This document shows, in pieces, positions 10,004-19,722 of a stretch of 64,000 bases of DNA. Both the position numbers and the translations under genes were made by a program. The notes below the pieces were generated by a model. It was given only the letters and a program-made list of their open reading frames with translations. It was not told where the DNA came from and made no database searches. Each line of letters opens with the position of its first letter. Within the stretch, counting starts at the first letter, position 1. This stretch comes from Candidatus Anstonellales archaeon (GTDB lineage: Archaea; Micrarchaeota; Micrarchaeia; Anstonellales; J096), in assembly GCA_038890615.1 (NCBI GenBank), contig JAWAFI010000002.1:17488-81487 (forward strand). Direction: 5' to 3'.

Positions 10004-10071
10004 GAGAGATTCAGGATAAGGAATTTTAAATATGTTTGCGAGCTTATCCTATTATTTAGCAAAAGAAGCTG

Positions 10072-10683
10072 CTACCTCCCAAGCAGGATGTAGTAATCAG
10101 ACACTATTTTGAATGTTGTCAGGAATGACATAACAACTGTACCTAAGGAATTAGCTGCACCACCTATGCCAACTAGAATAAACAATCCTATTCCGTTGTA
10201 TATTAGTTCAGAAAAGAAGAAATATACTAGCGTGAATAAGTCAAAGCCTTTTGGAATGAATGATTTGAAAAATGGCTCTCCGGCTATTATGCGGTAATAT
10301 CCAATTACCATAGTCAAGAAAGAGAGTGCAAGGAGAAGCGCAAATAGCGGGATGAATAGCGGAAAGAACATGTATAAAGCAAAGAGAATCGCTGCAGAGA
10401 GAAAGAAAAGGGCATATGCGCCTATAACCTTTGCAGTGTAAAGCAGCAGCTCGTTAAATGTTGTGGTTGTGCCAGTGTATATCATATGAATGCTTTTTGC
10501 CACTGAAGTGCGCACGAAAATATGGCATATTAGAAAAATAATGGTTAGCACTTGGGAAAAAATAGAAAAAACATCCTGCGCAAAAAGCAGAAAAACCAAA
10601 ATTGAAAGAAGGTTGAAAGCTGCAAAAAGCAGGGAGAGTGCTAGGAGCTTCTTAAAATTCTTTTTCAGCACTTCAAAAAACAT
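10072..10683 (-). CDS. Hypothetical integral membrane protein
   Basis: 5-6 hydrophobic segments; ATG start; divergent from tRNA-Pro. Confidence 0.65.
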   Translation of the reverse strand: MFFEVLKKNFKKLLALSLLFAAFNLLSILVFLLFAQDVFSIFSQVLTIIFLICHIFVRTSVAKSIHMIYTGTTTTFNELLLYTAKVIGAYALFFLSAAILFALYMFFPLFIPLFALLLALSFLTMVIGYYRIIAGEPFFKSFIPKGFDLFTLVYFFFSELIYNGIGLFILVGIGGAANSLGTVVMSFLTTFKIVSDYYILLGR

Positions 10684-10734
10684 ATAGATGCAAGGGAAAG
10701 GTATTTAAAAAGATTTTCCAAGGTATTAGATATC

Positions 10735-10807
10735 GGGGAAGTGGGCCAACCTGGTATGCTGCCAGCTTTGGGAGCTGGTGATTCGAGTTCAAATCTCGGC
10801 TTCCCCA
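10735..10807 (+). tRNA. tRNA-Pro(TGG)
   Basis: Acceptor GGGGAAG/CTTCCCC, anticodon arm CCAGC-TTTGGGA-GCTGG, T-loop GTTCAAATC; upstream TATTTAAA; CCA not encoded. Confidence 0.95.
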
Positions 10808-10808
10808 T

Positions 10809-11528
10809 ATGGACGACGAGCTTATAATTAGGGATGGGAATAGGGGATTAGGGGTAAGGTTCAACCTTGAAGGCAAAGCAGAGCAGGAGTTCTGCTATGC
10901 TATGGCCTATGCAATACCTGTGTTTGGAAGCATGGCATTTGATTTTTCAGGAATTGAGAATAAAGGGGCAAAGAGTGCTGAGGGCCTTTTAGAACTCCTT
11001 AAGTCAAAGCCATCCAACCCATTGCTTAAGGAAGTGCAGGAAACTGCTTACATATGGAATACCTTGGAAGCAATGGGCATACGCCATCTTCCAAAGCCAG
11101 AAGATTATGGATTCGTTCAGCACGAGAAGGTGGAGGCAAAGGATGAGATAGGGCTAATCGTGAAGTATAAAGGGTGGATAAGCGTCAAAAAAGTTGGAAC
11201 AGAGGCAGAAGACTGGGAAAGGGCATTCCTTGCTGCTGGCATAGTTGAAAGCATAGTCAGGAAGCTTTGGGAGGCGTCTGGTTTTAAAGAGGCAGAAGTA
11301 GGGAGGAAAGATAAGAAAGCTCTTGCAAAGGCAATAGAAGAGGCAAAAGGCAAAGAAGGGCTTGCAGGGGCATACGAAACTTACAAAGCCGTTAGGGAGG
11401 CAGGCTACAGCGCTTATGCCCTTGAGGATTTTTATTTCAAATACCTATACAAAGAGCACCCTGAAATAAAGGATATACTCAGTAGGAAGAAGAGGGCCAA
11501 GAAGAAGGCGCTCAAGATGGTTGAATGA
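10809..11528 (+). CDS. DUF2666-like archaeal protein
   Basis: 'VKYKGWISVKKV...RAFLAAGI' resembles the DUF2666 family from recall; ATGA-coupled to the next gene. Confidence 0.5.
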   Translation: MDDELIIRDGNRGLGVRFNLEGKAEQEFCYAMAYAIPVFGSMAFDFSGIENKGAKSAEGLLELLKSKPSNPLLKEVQETAYIWNTLEAMGIRHLPKPEDYGFVQHEKVEAKDEIGLIVKYKGWISVKKVGTEAEDWERAFLAAGIVESIVRKLWEASGFKEAEVGRKDKKALAKAIEEAKGKEGLAGAYETYKAVREAGYSAYALEDFYFKYLYKEHPEIKDILSRKKRAKKKALKMVE

Positions 11529-12778
11529 GGGCAACTTTTTACGGCGGCGCGGGAGAGATAGGAAGAAGCTGCATACAGGCAGGTGATATGCTGCTAGATG
11601 CAGGGATAAAGCTTGGAAAGGCAAACGAATTCCCAGCAATAGGGACATTGGATGGAATAAGCAAAATAATAGTGACCCATGCTCATTTAGACCACTGCGG
11701 CTACTTGGCACACCTAAGCAATGAGATTGCGGAAAAGGATATAATAACCACCCCTCCAACAAAAGATCTTATGGGGCTATTGCTGTCAGATTACGCCTCA
11801 TTAGCAGAAGACATAGGCCCAGGCGCAGTTGAGGCTGTAATGAGAGCTACTAAAACAATAAATTTCCACAAGATAATAAGGAATGATGGCAGGATAAGGC
11901 TGCACAGGGCAGGCCACATACTTGGTGCTGCGATGGTTGAGATAAACAATGGTGGAAAAACAATAATTTACACCGGGGACATGAACAACAGAGGAGGCAA
12001 GACAATAGCAGGCTGTGAAAGGATAAGAAAGGCAGACACGCTGATAATAGAAGGAACGTATTGTTTAGAAGACAGGAAGCCAATTAAGGCAGTTTCAGGC
12101 GAATTTGAGAGGAAAATAAGGGAAGTCATTGGAAGAGGGGGCACAATACTGATACCTGTTTTTGCAGTTGGAAGGGGGGAGGAAATACTTTTGACACTTC
12201 ATGATATGGCGAAAAGAGGCACTCTGAAAGCTAAAATATATGTTGATGGTATGGTCAAGAAAGCTTACAATGTTTACAGGCAAAACATACTTTATGCCAG
12301 GAAATCGCTGATTTCAAGGATACTCCTTAGCGATGATGACCCTTTCAAGAGCCCCTATTTCATTATACCCAAAACCATGGACAAGAGCGATGTTGAAGGT
12401 GGTGTCATAGTCACAACCTCTGGAATGCTTACAGGAGGGCCAATTGTACAATACCTCAAAAGATTTGGAGGTGATGAAAACAACGCAGTGGTGCTCACTG
12501 GTTACCAGGCAGAAGGCACTCCTGGAAGGCAACTGCTTGATGGAATGAAAAAGGTGGAAATAGGGGGGGAGAATATTGAGGTAAGGGCGCAGGTCTGGCA
12601 GGCAGACTTCTCGGGGCATGCAGACAGGAATGGCCTAATATCCTTTGTGAAAGGAATAAAGGGGCTGAAAAAGATAGTGCTTGTGCATGGGGAAAGGGGC
12701 AAAATGGAGAAATTTGCAGAAGAGTTAAAGGAATACGAAGTTGAGATACCTCAGCAGTTTGATGAGGTTGACTTGTAG
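11525..12778 (+). CDS. MBL-fold beta-CASP ribonuclease (aCPSF-type, no KH domains)
   Basis: HAHLDH, AGHILG, YTGD, GYQAEGTPGR, FSGHAD, VHGE motifs. Confidence 0.92.
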   Translation: MRATFYGGAGEIGRSCIQAGDMLLDAGIKLGKANEFPAIGTLDGISKIIVTHAHLDHCGYLAHLSNEIAEKDIITTPPTKDLMGLLLSDYASLAEDIGPGAVEAVMRATKTINFHKIIRNDGRIRLHRAGHILGAAMVEINNGGKTIIYTGDMNNRGGKTIAGCERIRKADTLIIEGTYCLEDRKPIKAVSGEFERKIREVIGRGGTILIPVFAVGRGEEILLTLHDMAKRGTLKAKIYVDGMVKKAYNVYRQNILYARKSLISRILLSDDDPFKSPYFIIPKTMDKSDVEGGVIVTTSGMLTGGPIVQYLKRFGGDENNAVVLTGYQAEGTPGRQLLDGMKKVEIGGENIEVRAQVWQADFSGHADRNGLISFVKGIKGLKKIVLVHGERGKMEKFAEELKEYEVEIPQQFDEVDL

Positions 12779-13332
12779 GAGCTCCCGTTCTTTTCAACTA
12801 TCACGCAGATGGAAGAGTCGCCCTTCCTAGATGTCCATGTTACATACCACTTTCCATCCCTAAATATAACCTCTGGCATTGCTTGGTAAGAATCTATGTA
12901 AGATGAGATCTCAGCAGTTGGGTAAAGCTTGTGGGATGCTATTATTGCCTCCTCTGGGAAAAGTATGCTGCAATGCTCTGCTATGCAAAGCTGGCACCTT
13001 TCAGTTATCACTTCTGGGGGCTGGGGCACAAAGTTCTGCTCAGGGTAATTGTAGTATAGGTGAATCCTTGAAGGGCATTTTGTCTGCAAACCCCAGCTAA
13101 CCCTGACCTTAACCTCATAATAATCCCCTTTTGAACTGTATTTCTTGTCCATAGAAACGACTTCTATTACCTCAGCCTGAGGGTATTTCACTGCAGCGTC
13201 TTCTATAACATAGTTCCTTATGTCCTCCTCCACTACATAATCAGGAAGGAATGGCTTTATCAGCAATATCGTTAAAGCCATAATCAGAAGAAGCAAAGCA
13301 ATGTGCTCTATCCTTATTTTTTCCCTTTTCAT
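12751..13332 (-). CDS. Membrane-anchored exported Cys-containing hypothetical protein
   Basis: N-terminal TM helix, six Cys; ATGA-coupled to upstream coiled-coil gene. Confidence 0.6.
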   Translation of the reverse strand: MKREKIRIEHIALLLLIMALTILLIKPFLPDYVVEEDIRNYVIEDAAVKYPQAEVIEVVSMDKKYSSKGDYYEVKVRVSWGLQTKCPSRIHLYYNYPEQNFVPQPPEVITERCQLCIAEHCSILFPEEAIIASHKLYPTAEISSYIDSYQAMPEVIFRDGKWYVTWTSRKGDSSICVIVEKNGSSYKSTSSNC

Positions 13333-14834
13333 TTCTTCATGCTCTTGAGTTTTTGTGATTTCCTGAAAATAGTGACTTTAGATTTTTCAATCTCCTTGCT
13401 AAGGTCCGCAGGCTTTCCAGAAGCTAAGTCCTTTGCCTTTGTGAGAAGTTCTTTCAAGTAAGCCTGCAACTCTTCTACTTGGCTCTCAATAAGCTTTTCT
13501 TTCTGCACCATCTCTTCGCCCTTCTCTACATATTCCTTCATTAAGGCATTTAGGTTCTGCTCATAAAGGTAGACCGTGCTCTTTTCCTTTCCAGAAACCA
13601 CATTCTCTACTACTTCCTGCGTTTCGGCAACATCCTTCTCAATCTCAGCGATAAGGTTCTCATAATCATTGTAATAGTTTAGCACTTCCTTTTCAAGCTG
13701 CTTTGTATTCTCGATCTGCTTTAGGATGTCATCAAGGTTTTCCTTCCTTCTCCTTGTACTCTCCCTAAGCATGTCTATCCTATCGCTTAGCTCCAGCCTG
13801 ACTTTTGCCATTGAGGATACCGCCCTGTCTGCCTCTTCAGCCCTTGCCTGCACTTCTGAAACAGTCGAGCGTATTGAATCTACCTTTGCCCTAAGCTCTT
13901 TCTCCTTTTCCATAAGGTTCTTGTACTCTTTTTCTACTGTTTCAATAAGCTTCTCCTCGTCCCTCATTGCGTCATTTATGCTCTTTTTCTGGTCATTCAC
14001 TTCCTTCATAAGTTCAGCAACTTCTTTTTTAACAGAATCAAGAAGCTCCTTTATAAGCCCCATCTCATGCTGGGCTTTTTTCTCTATTTTCTCCACAAGG
14101 CTTGCGTACTTAGCAACCTTCTCGTATTTCTCAGGAAGGGACGCCACTCTGTCCTGCAAAGAAAGGATCAGCTGCTCTTTTTCCATCACCTTCTCTGCTA
14201 TCTTGTCTGCCTTTGCTTGGGTAAGCGCTTGAAGCTCTGCAAACTCATCAGTATAAAGCTTTTCCTTCTTCTCCTTTAGTTTAGAAAGCTCCCCTTTTAC
14301 CCTGTTTATCTCATCCAAATATTCCCTGAGGGAAGTAAGAGCCTTTTTCTTTTTGTCCTTGATTTCATCCTTCTGTTTTTGAACATCTTCCTCTTTCGGC
14401 TGCTCAGCCCATTCTGGCTCCTCTGGCTGGGCCTCTGCCTTCCTCACAACCATCTGCTTCTTCTCAGCAGGAGGCTTGGTTGTGCCTAGCTTTATGACTT
14501 TCACTTCTTCTGGCTTCTTCTTTTCGGCTTTCTTTGGCTTCTTCTTTTCGGCTTTCTTTGGCTTCTCGGCTTTCTTTGGCTTCTCCTTCTGCGGTTTCGC
14601 GGCCTCAACCGGCGGCTTCTTTGCCTCAACAGCTTTCCTTTCATGGCCAAGCCACTCAACATATGTCTTTGTAAGGGTGTAGTAGATGCGCACATAACCT
14701 TCTGCCTCAAGAACCTTTATCCAATACTTCACTTCATCAAATCCCCTGTTCAGCTCATTTGCTATTTCAGAAAGCTCCAGCTTCTTCTTTTTGGATATTA
14801 ATTCTATGAGCCTGTCTACATCTGTGGTTATCAT
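13329..14834 (-). CDS. N-terminal winged-HTH + Lys/Pro linker + long coiled-coil protein
   Basis: ITTDVDRLIELI..LSEIANEL..WIKVLEAEGYV wHTH-like; heptad-rich C-terminal ~340 aa; no ATPase motifs. Confidence 0.7.
   Translation of the reverse strand: MITTDVDRLIELISKKKKLELSEIANELNRGFDEVKYWIKVLEAEGYVRIYYTLTKTYVEWLGHERKAVEAKKPPVEAAKPQKEKPKKAEKPKKAEKKKPKKAEKKKPEEVKVIKLGTTKPPAEKKQMVVRKAEAQPEEPEWAEQPKEEDVQKQKDEIKDKKKKALTSLREYLDEINRVKGELSKLKEKKEKLYTDEFAELQALTQAKADKIAEKVMEKEQLILSLQDRVASLPEKYEKVAKYASLVEKIEKKAQHEMGLIKELLDSVKKEVAELMKEVNDQKKSINDAMRDEEKLIETVEKEYKNLMEKEKELRAKVDSIRSTVSEVQARAEEADRAVSSMAKVRLELSDRIDMLRESTRRRKENLDDILKQIENTKQLEKEVLNYYNDYENLIAEIEKDVAETQEVVENVVSGKEKSTVYLYEQNLNALMKEYVEKGEEMVQKEKLIESQVEELQAYLKELLTKAKDLASGKPADLSKEIEKSKVTIFRKSQKLKSMKK
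14511..14585. repeat. Coding tandem repeat (2 x 24 nt exact + 18 nt variant + partial)
   Basis: tggcttcttcttttcggctttctt at 14511 and 14535, tggcttctcggctttctt at 14559; encodes KPKKAEKKK repeats. Confidence 0.9.
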
Positions 14835-15361
14835 GCTGCCACCCTACTTGAAACCTTTATTTTATAAGCGCCCGACATCTTCTTTGGTGCCTTAAGCAAT
14901 GACTCCCTTACCTTGCTTTCGTACTGCTTGTATGTTGAAACGACAAAAACAGGCCTTCCCTTGTATATCCTTGCAGCCCTGCTAGTAGGCTTCCCGAACG
15001 ATCTCCTCATCCCCTGCTGAATCCTGTCTGCTCCTGCGGTAGCAACCATCCTGTTTTCCCTTATAACATGATGTGGGTACTGCATCACAATGAAGTAATA
15101 GTTCCCAGGAGCGGCCTTTTCAAGATATCGGTTAACTGCTTGCCTTGCGCTTTCCAAAGAGTTGTCCCTTACTATAACATCCTTTTGAGCAACCAGCTCA
15201 AGTGTCAAATCATAATCTTCCTTCTTTGTCCCCATAACAAACTGGTTGAGGTGCCTATGGGGAAGCGACTTTATGTAAGACTTCCTTGGCTTGCTTTTTG
15301 AAAACCTAGTCCAAGCTACTTTGTCCATATCCCTTACGCAGCTAGCAGGTCTTAAAGCCAT
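14831..15361 (-). CDS. rpl10e: 50S ribosomal protein L10e (uL16)
   Basis: MALRPASC, LESARQ, YPHHVIRENRM..AGADRIQQGMRRSFGKP. Confidence 0.97.
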   Translation of the reverse strand: MALRPASCVRDMDKVAWTRFSKSKPRKSYIKSLPHRHLNQFVMGTKKEDYDLTLELVAQKDVIVRDNSLESARQAVNRYLEKAAPGNYYFIVMQYPHHVIRENRMVATAGADRIQQGMRRSFGKPTSRAARIYKGRPVFVVSTYKQYESKVRESLLKAPKKMSGAYKIKVSSRVAA

Positions 15362-15489
15362 AAGAACACCTTTTATTATAAAATACGAGGGGTTTTAAAA
15401 AGCTTCTTTTTAAGGATAACCTATGAGAGAGAAAAAGTATGAAAGAATTTTCAAATTAGATAAGAAAAGGCAAATAAAAATATGAAGTT

Positions 15490-15999
15490 TTATTCAACTT
15501 TTTTGCGAAAATTGGCAAAGGCATTCTCAATGGAGGAGCGGAAGGGGTGGTTTTCGTTAACCTTCAGGAATGAAAGCAGCAGTAAGAGCTCTGCCTTCTC
15601 CTTCCCAAGCCCCCTGCTCATAAGGTAGTTTAGCGCCTGCTGGTCAATATTGTAAATATAGGCCTTGTGGCTTGCACTTGCCTGACCGCCTTTGATTTCA
15701 ATAGAAGGCGAAAAGGAAACCATGCCTCCTGCAAGGAATGCTGCCTGCTCTATTGAAAGTGAAGATCCTTTGGAGCCCTTCCCAATCCTTCCTATAGCCA
15801 AGAGGTCTGCATTAGCAAATGAAACCCCACGCATGGAAACAGATGCAGATGAGTTTTCAAGTAGCGAAAGGTCAACGCTTATTTTTATCCCTTTCAAGCC
15901 AAGGAAAATTACTTCCAAGCCATATTCACCCTTTACCTCCCCTTCAATAGAAATGCTTTCTGTTGCATAAATGGTTTGGTTCCCTGAAAGCGCAGTCAT
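15490..15999 (-). CDS. Short SufD-like protein
   Basis: 'PSIEI...ASHKA...IDQQALNYLMSRGL' SufB/D C-terminal motif; ATGA-coupled to sufB. Confidence 0.75.
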   Translation of the reverse strand: MTALSGNQTIYATESISIEGEVKGEYGLEVIFLGLKGIKISVDLSLLENSSASVSMRGVSFANADLLAIGRIGKGSKGSSLSIEQAAFLAGGMVSFSPSIEIKGGQASASHKAYIYNIDQQALNYLMSRGLGKEKAELLLLLSFLKVNENHPFRSSIENAFANFRKKVE

Positions 16000-17327
16000 G
16001 GTTCCCCCCCTATATCTGTTTGCAAAAGCCTGTTGAACTCTATTGCATACTCAAAAGGAAGCTCAGCTATGAAATCGTCTGCAAAGCCCAGTACCAGCAG
16101 CTTCTGGGCTGCTCCCCTGCCAAGCCCCCTGCTCATAAGGTAGTGAATCTTTTCTTCCTCAATAGCTCCTATTGTTGCTTCGTGCCTAAGTTCAATGTTC
16201 CCGCCTACTGCTATCTTTGGGTAGGTGGCAGCTGATGATTCAGGGCAAACCAAAAGGGACGAGCAGTTTACAATGCATTTGCTCCTTGCTGCGCTTTCTG
16301 AAGAGGTTATCAGGGCTCTGTAGTTTGCGCACCCATTCCCCTGCGAAATGCTTTTAGAGACAACTTCAGAAGAAGTATCTTCTCCTATATGGGATATTTT
16401 CGCCCCCGTGTCAATGCACTGCCCTTCGCCAGCGTATGCAATTGAAAGAAGCCTACCAGAAGACCTTTTCCCCTGAAGCACTATTGAAGGGTATTTCATA
16501 GTTACCTTGCTGCCTATGTTGCCATCTATCCAATCTATCTGCGCACCGTCGTAAGCAATGGCTTTCTTAGTAACAAGGTTGTAAACATTCTTGGCCCAGT
16601 TCTGCACTGTAATATACTTCACCTTTGCATCCTGCTTTGCTATTATCTCAACGACCCCTGAATGCAAGGAATAAGTTGGATAGGCTGGTGCAGTGCATCC
16701 TTCTATGTAAGTTAGTGAAGAGCCGCTTTCTGCGACTATCAGTGTGCGCTCAAACTGGCCTAGGCCCATAGTGCTTATGCAGAAGTACGCCTGAAGAGGC
16801 ATATTGACTTCCACCCCTTTTGGCACATAGACAAAGGCGCCGCCGCTCCACATCGCTGTATTAAGTGCTGCAAACTTGTTGCTTGAAGGAGGTATCAGGG
16901 TGCCAAAATACTTTCTCACAATATCAGGATGTTCTTTCAGCGCAGTGTCCATGTCTGTAAGTATTACTCCTTGCTTTTCCCACTCCTTCTTTATGCTGTC
17001 GTAGATAACAGTTGAATCATACTGCGCTTCAACCCCTGCAAGAAATTTCCGCTCTGCTTCAGGTATTCCAAGCTTTTCAAACGATTCCTTAATCTCATCA
17101 GGCACCTCGCTCCACTCCCTACCTTTCCCATCAAATAAAGAAGAAAAATAAGTAAGCTTGCTGAAATCTATGCCTTCAAGGGAAGGGCCCCACTTTGGAA
17201 GCTGGGCTGAACAGAAAATTTCATAGGCGTGGAGCCTTTTTTCCCTCATCCATGCTGGCTCCCCCTTTAGAGAGGACAGCTCTGCAACTTTTTCCCTGTC
17301 AATTCCAGAAGCAAATTTGGTAGGCAC
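15996..17327 (-). CDS. sufB: Fe-S cluster assembly protein SufB
   Basis: KGEPAWM, LGIPEAERKFLAGVEAQYDS, GQFERTLI, YIEGCTAP, QNW..NVYNLVTK, HEAT, YLMSRG; GTG start. Confidence 0.95.
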   Translation of the reverse strand: MPTKFASGIDREKVAELSSLKGEPAWMREKRLHAYEIFCSAQLPKWGPSLEGIDFSKLTYFSSLFDGKGREWSEVPDEIKESFEKLGIPEAERKFLAGVEAQYDSTVIYDSIKKEWEKQGVILTDMDTALKEHPDIVRKYFGTLIPPSSNKFAALNTAMWSGGAFVYVPKGVEVNMPLQAYFCISTMGLGQFERTLIVAESGSSLTYIEGCTAPAYPTYSLHSGVVEIIAKQDAKVKYITVQNWAKNVYNLVTKKAIAYDGAQIDWIDGNIGSKVTMKYPSIVLQGKRSSGRLLSIAYAGEGQCIDTGAKISHIGEDTSSEVVSKSISQGNGCANYRALITSSESAARSKCIVNCSSLLVCPESSAATYPKIAVGGNIELRHEATIGAIEEEKIHYLMSRGLGRGAAQKLLVLGFADDFIAELPFEYAIEFNRLLQTDIGGEP

Positions 17328-17348
17328 AACCGCTCTTCTACTTAAAGG

Positions 17349-17399
17349 TTTAAAAAAGAGCAGATTAAATTTTGCACAAAATAGTTAAATATTTAAATA
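17349..17399. promoter_or_regulatory. Divergent promoters with central inverted repeat (candidate Lrp operator)
   Basis: TTTAAAAA (17349) and ATTTAAATA (17391) flank ATTTTG-CA-CAAAAT (17369-17382). Confidence 0.5.
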
Positions 17400-17418
17400 C
17401 TCTTATTTAACCATTAGC

Positions 17419-17838
17419 ATGCTTGACCAAAAAGACAGGCATATTTTAAACTCCCTTGAAGCAGATGCAAAAACTACGCTCAATAAGCTTTCAAAAGAAT
17501 TAGGCATAAGCATCACTGCGGTAAGGAGGAGGGTTGCAAGGCTGGAGAAGAGTGGCATCATAGAGGGCTACAAGGCAGTTGTGAACAAGCGCCTCTTGGG
17601 GATAAGGACTGCGATAGTTTGCATAAGCACAAAGGAAGGAAGTTATTTAGATGTGATGATGGCACTAAAGAACTACCGCCATGTCAGGAAGGCAACACCT
17701 GCACACGGAGATGGAAACATACTAGCAGTAATTGAAGGGCAAAGCTCTAAGGAGGTTCAGGATGCAATAGCCAGAATAAAAGGGATTGCTGGAATAAAGA
17801 AAGCCAATATGCTAATAATAGAGGAGGCGCTTGCATGA
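17419..17838 (+). CDS. Lrp/AsnC family transcriptional regulator
   Basis: LDQKDRHILNSLEADAK..LSKELGIS..VRRRVARLEKSGIIEGY HTH plus RAM domain. Confidence 0.92.
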   Translation: MLDQKDRHILNSLEADAKTTLNKLSKELGISITAVRRRVARLEKSGIIEGYKAVVNKRLLGIRTAIVCISTKEGSYLDVMMALKNYRHVRKATPAHGDGNILAVIEGQSSKEVQDAIARIKGIAGIKKANMLIIEEALA

Positions 17839-18548
17839 GCCTGCTTGAGGTAAGGGGCCTTTCAGTAAGCTCAGGGGGGAATGAGATAATAAGCGATGTC
17901 TCGATAGAGGTTAGGAAGGGTGAAATAGTTGCGCTAATAGGCCCAAATGGGAGCGGAAAGAGCACGCTATGCAACGCAATTGCAGGCAAACCTTATGATG
18001 TAATTGGCAGCATATATTTTGAAGGAAGGGATATATTGAAAGATGGGGCAGATAAAAGGGCAAGGATGGGCATTTTGCTTGTGCACCAAAGCATGCCTAT
18101 GCTTGAAGGCATAAAGCTGAGGACGCTGCTAAGCTGGCTTTCTGAGGTGCACGGTGAAGGAATAATAGAGAAAGCAGAGAAAAACGCTGCCAAGGTAGGA
18201 TTTGGCAAGGAGGAATTTGAAAAGGATATTGCCAAGCTTTCAGGAGGGGAAAGAAAAAGGATGGAGATGCTGCTCATGGTCTCCCTGCCATCAAAGCTGG
18301 TTATTATTGACGAGCTGGATTCTGGGCTTGACATAGATGGGCTGAGGGTTGCCTCTGAAATAATAGAGAATATGAAAAAAGAGGAGAAGGGTATATTGAT
18401 AGTATCCCACTACCCTTTCATCCTTGAGAGGCTTCAGCCAGACAGGGTTTACCTTATGGAAAGCGGAAGGATAAAAAAGAGCGGTGGTATGGAGATTGTG
18501 AAAGGGATAAAGGAAAAAGGATATTTGAGGGATGAAAATGGATGTTAA
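17835..18548 (+). CDS. sufC: Fe-S assembly ABC ATPase SufC
   Basis: GPNGSGKST, LSGGERKRME, IDELDSGLDID, VSHY, PDRVY; SUF context. Confidence 0.9.
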   Translation: MSLLEVRGLSVSSGGNEIISDVSIEVRKGEIVALIGPNGSGKSTLCNAIAGKPYDVIGSIYFEGRDILKDGADKRARMGILLVHQSMPMLEGIKLRTLLSWLSEVHGEGIIEKAEKNAAKVGFGKEEFEKDIAKLSGGERKRMEMLLMVSLPSKLVIIDELDSGLDIDGLRVASEIIENMKKEEKGILIVSHYPFILERLQPDRVYLMESGRIKKSGGMEIVKGIKEKGYLRDENGC

Positions 18549-19722
18549 GAAAATAAGGGAGGACTTCCCTATATTAAAAGAAGTCATCTATTTTGACAAC
18601 GGGGCAACAAGCCAGAAGCCAATTAGCGTAATAAACGCGGTTAGCAATTTTTACAAAGAAACTAATGCTAATGTCCACAGAGGGCTTCACAGGCTTTCTG
18701 AAAAAGCTACCCTCCTTTACGAAAAGTCAAAGGAGGAGGTGGCATCTTTTATAAGGGCAGAAAAGAATGAAATCATATACACGAGGAACGCCACCGAGGG
18801 CTTCAACCTCCTTATGTACTCTTGGGGGATGGAGAATGTAAAGGAAGGCGATGATATTGTCATAAGCATCGCAGAGCACCACAGCAACATGCTCCCGTGG
18901 AGGACCCTTGCTGAGAAAAAAGGAGCAACATTGAAGTACATAGATGTTGATGAGGAAGGAAATTTCAATAAAAGAGATATTGAAAAGATTAGCAGGAAGA
19001 CAAAAATATTGGCGCTTACCATGCAGTCAAATGTAATAGGGAAGAAGAGCAACTTCCATGATTTTGTAAAGGCAGGAAAGGAAAGCGGGGCATTTGTGGT
19101 TCTTGATGGGGCGCAGTATGTACCCCACCACAAGCTTGATGTAAGGAAAACAGAAGCAGATGCAATAGCATTCACAGGCCACAAGATGCTTGCAGAAACA
19201 GGAATAGGAGTACTATGGGTAAAAAAGGAGTGGCTTGAAAAAATGGGGCCATTCATGTATGGAGGGGATATGATAAAAGAGGCAAGCTTAAGCAGGGTTA
19301 CTTGGAATGAGCTGCCTTACAAGTTTGAGGCAGGAACGCCACACATTTCAGGGGCAATATCAATTGGAGAAGCAGTAAAATACCTAAAGGCGATCGGCAT
19401 GGAGAACATAGAAGAGCACGAGAAAAAGCTTGCTTCAAAGCTAGTAGGGGCAATAGAAGGGGCTGGCCTTGACATTATAGGGGGCAAAGACAAGGAATGC
19501 CTTGCGAGCTTTACATCTGAAAAGATACACCCCCACGACTTGGCTGCCCTTCTTTCAGAATACAACATAGCAGTAAGGAGCGGCTTCCACTGCGCCCAGC
19601 CCCTCCATGAGAGGTATGGAAAGAAAAATGGGAGCACCAGGGCGAGCCTTTACTTCTACAATACAGAGGAAGAGGTCAAGGTTTTTGGAGAACGGCTCCA
19701 GGAAACAATGGGGATGCTCTGA
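18532..19722 (+). CDS. sufS: Cysteine desulfurase SufS (group II)
   Basis: YFDNGATSQKP, ANVHRG, EHHSN, FTGHKM, FEAGTP, RSGFHCAQP. Confidence 0.95.
   Translation: MKMDVKKIREDFPILKEVIYFDNGATSQKPISVINAVSNFYKETNANVHRGLHRLSEKATLLYEKSKEEVASFIRAEKNEIIYTRNATEGFNLLMYSWGMENVKEGDDIVISIAEHHSNMLPWRTLAEKKGATLKYIDVDEEGNFNKRDIEKISRKTKILALTMQSNVIGKKSNFHDFVKAGKESGAFVVLDGAQYVPHHKLDVRKTEADAIAFTGHKMLAETGIGVLWVKKEWLEKMGPFMYGGDMIKEASLSRVTWNELPYKFEAGTPHISGAISIGEAVKYLKAIGMENIEEHEKKLASKLVGAIEGAGLDIIGGKDKECLASFTSEKIHPHDLAALLSEYNIAVRSGFHCAQPLHERYGKKNGSTRASLYFYNTEEEVKVFGERLQETMGML

Noticed and set aside
15423..15485. 20-codon ORF MREKKYERIFKLDKKRQIKI
   Set aside because: Too short and low-complexity to support.
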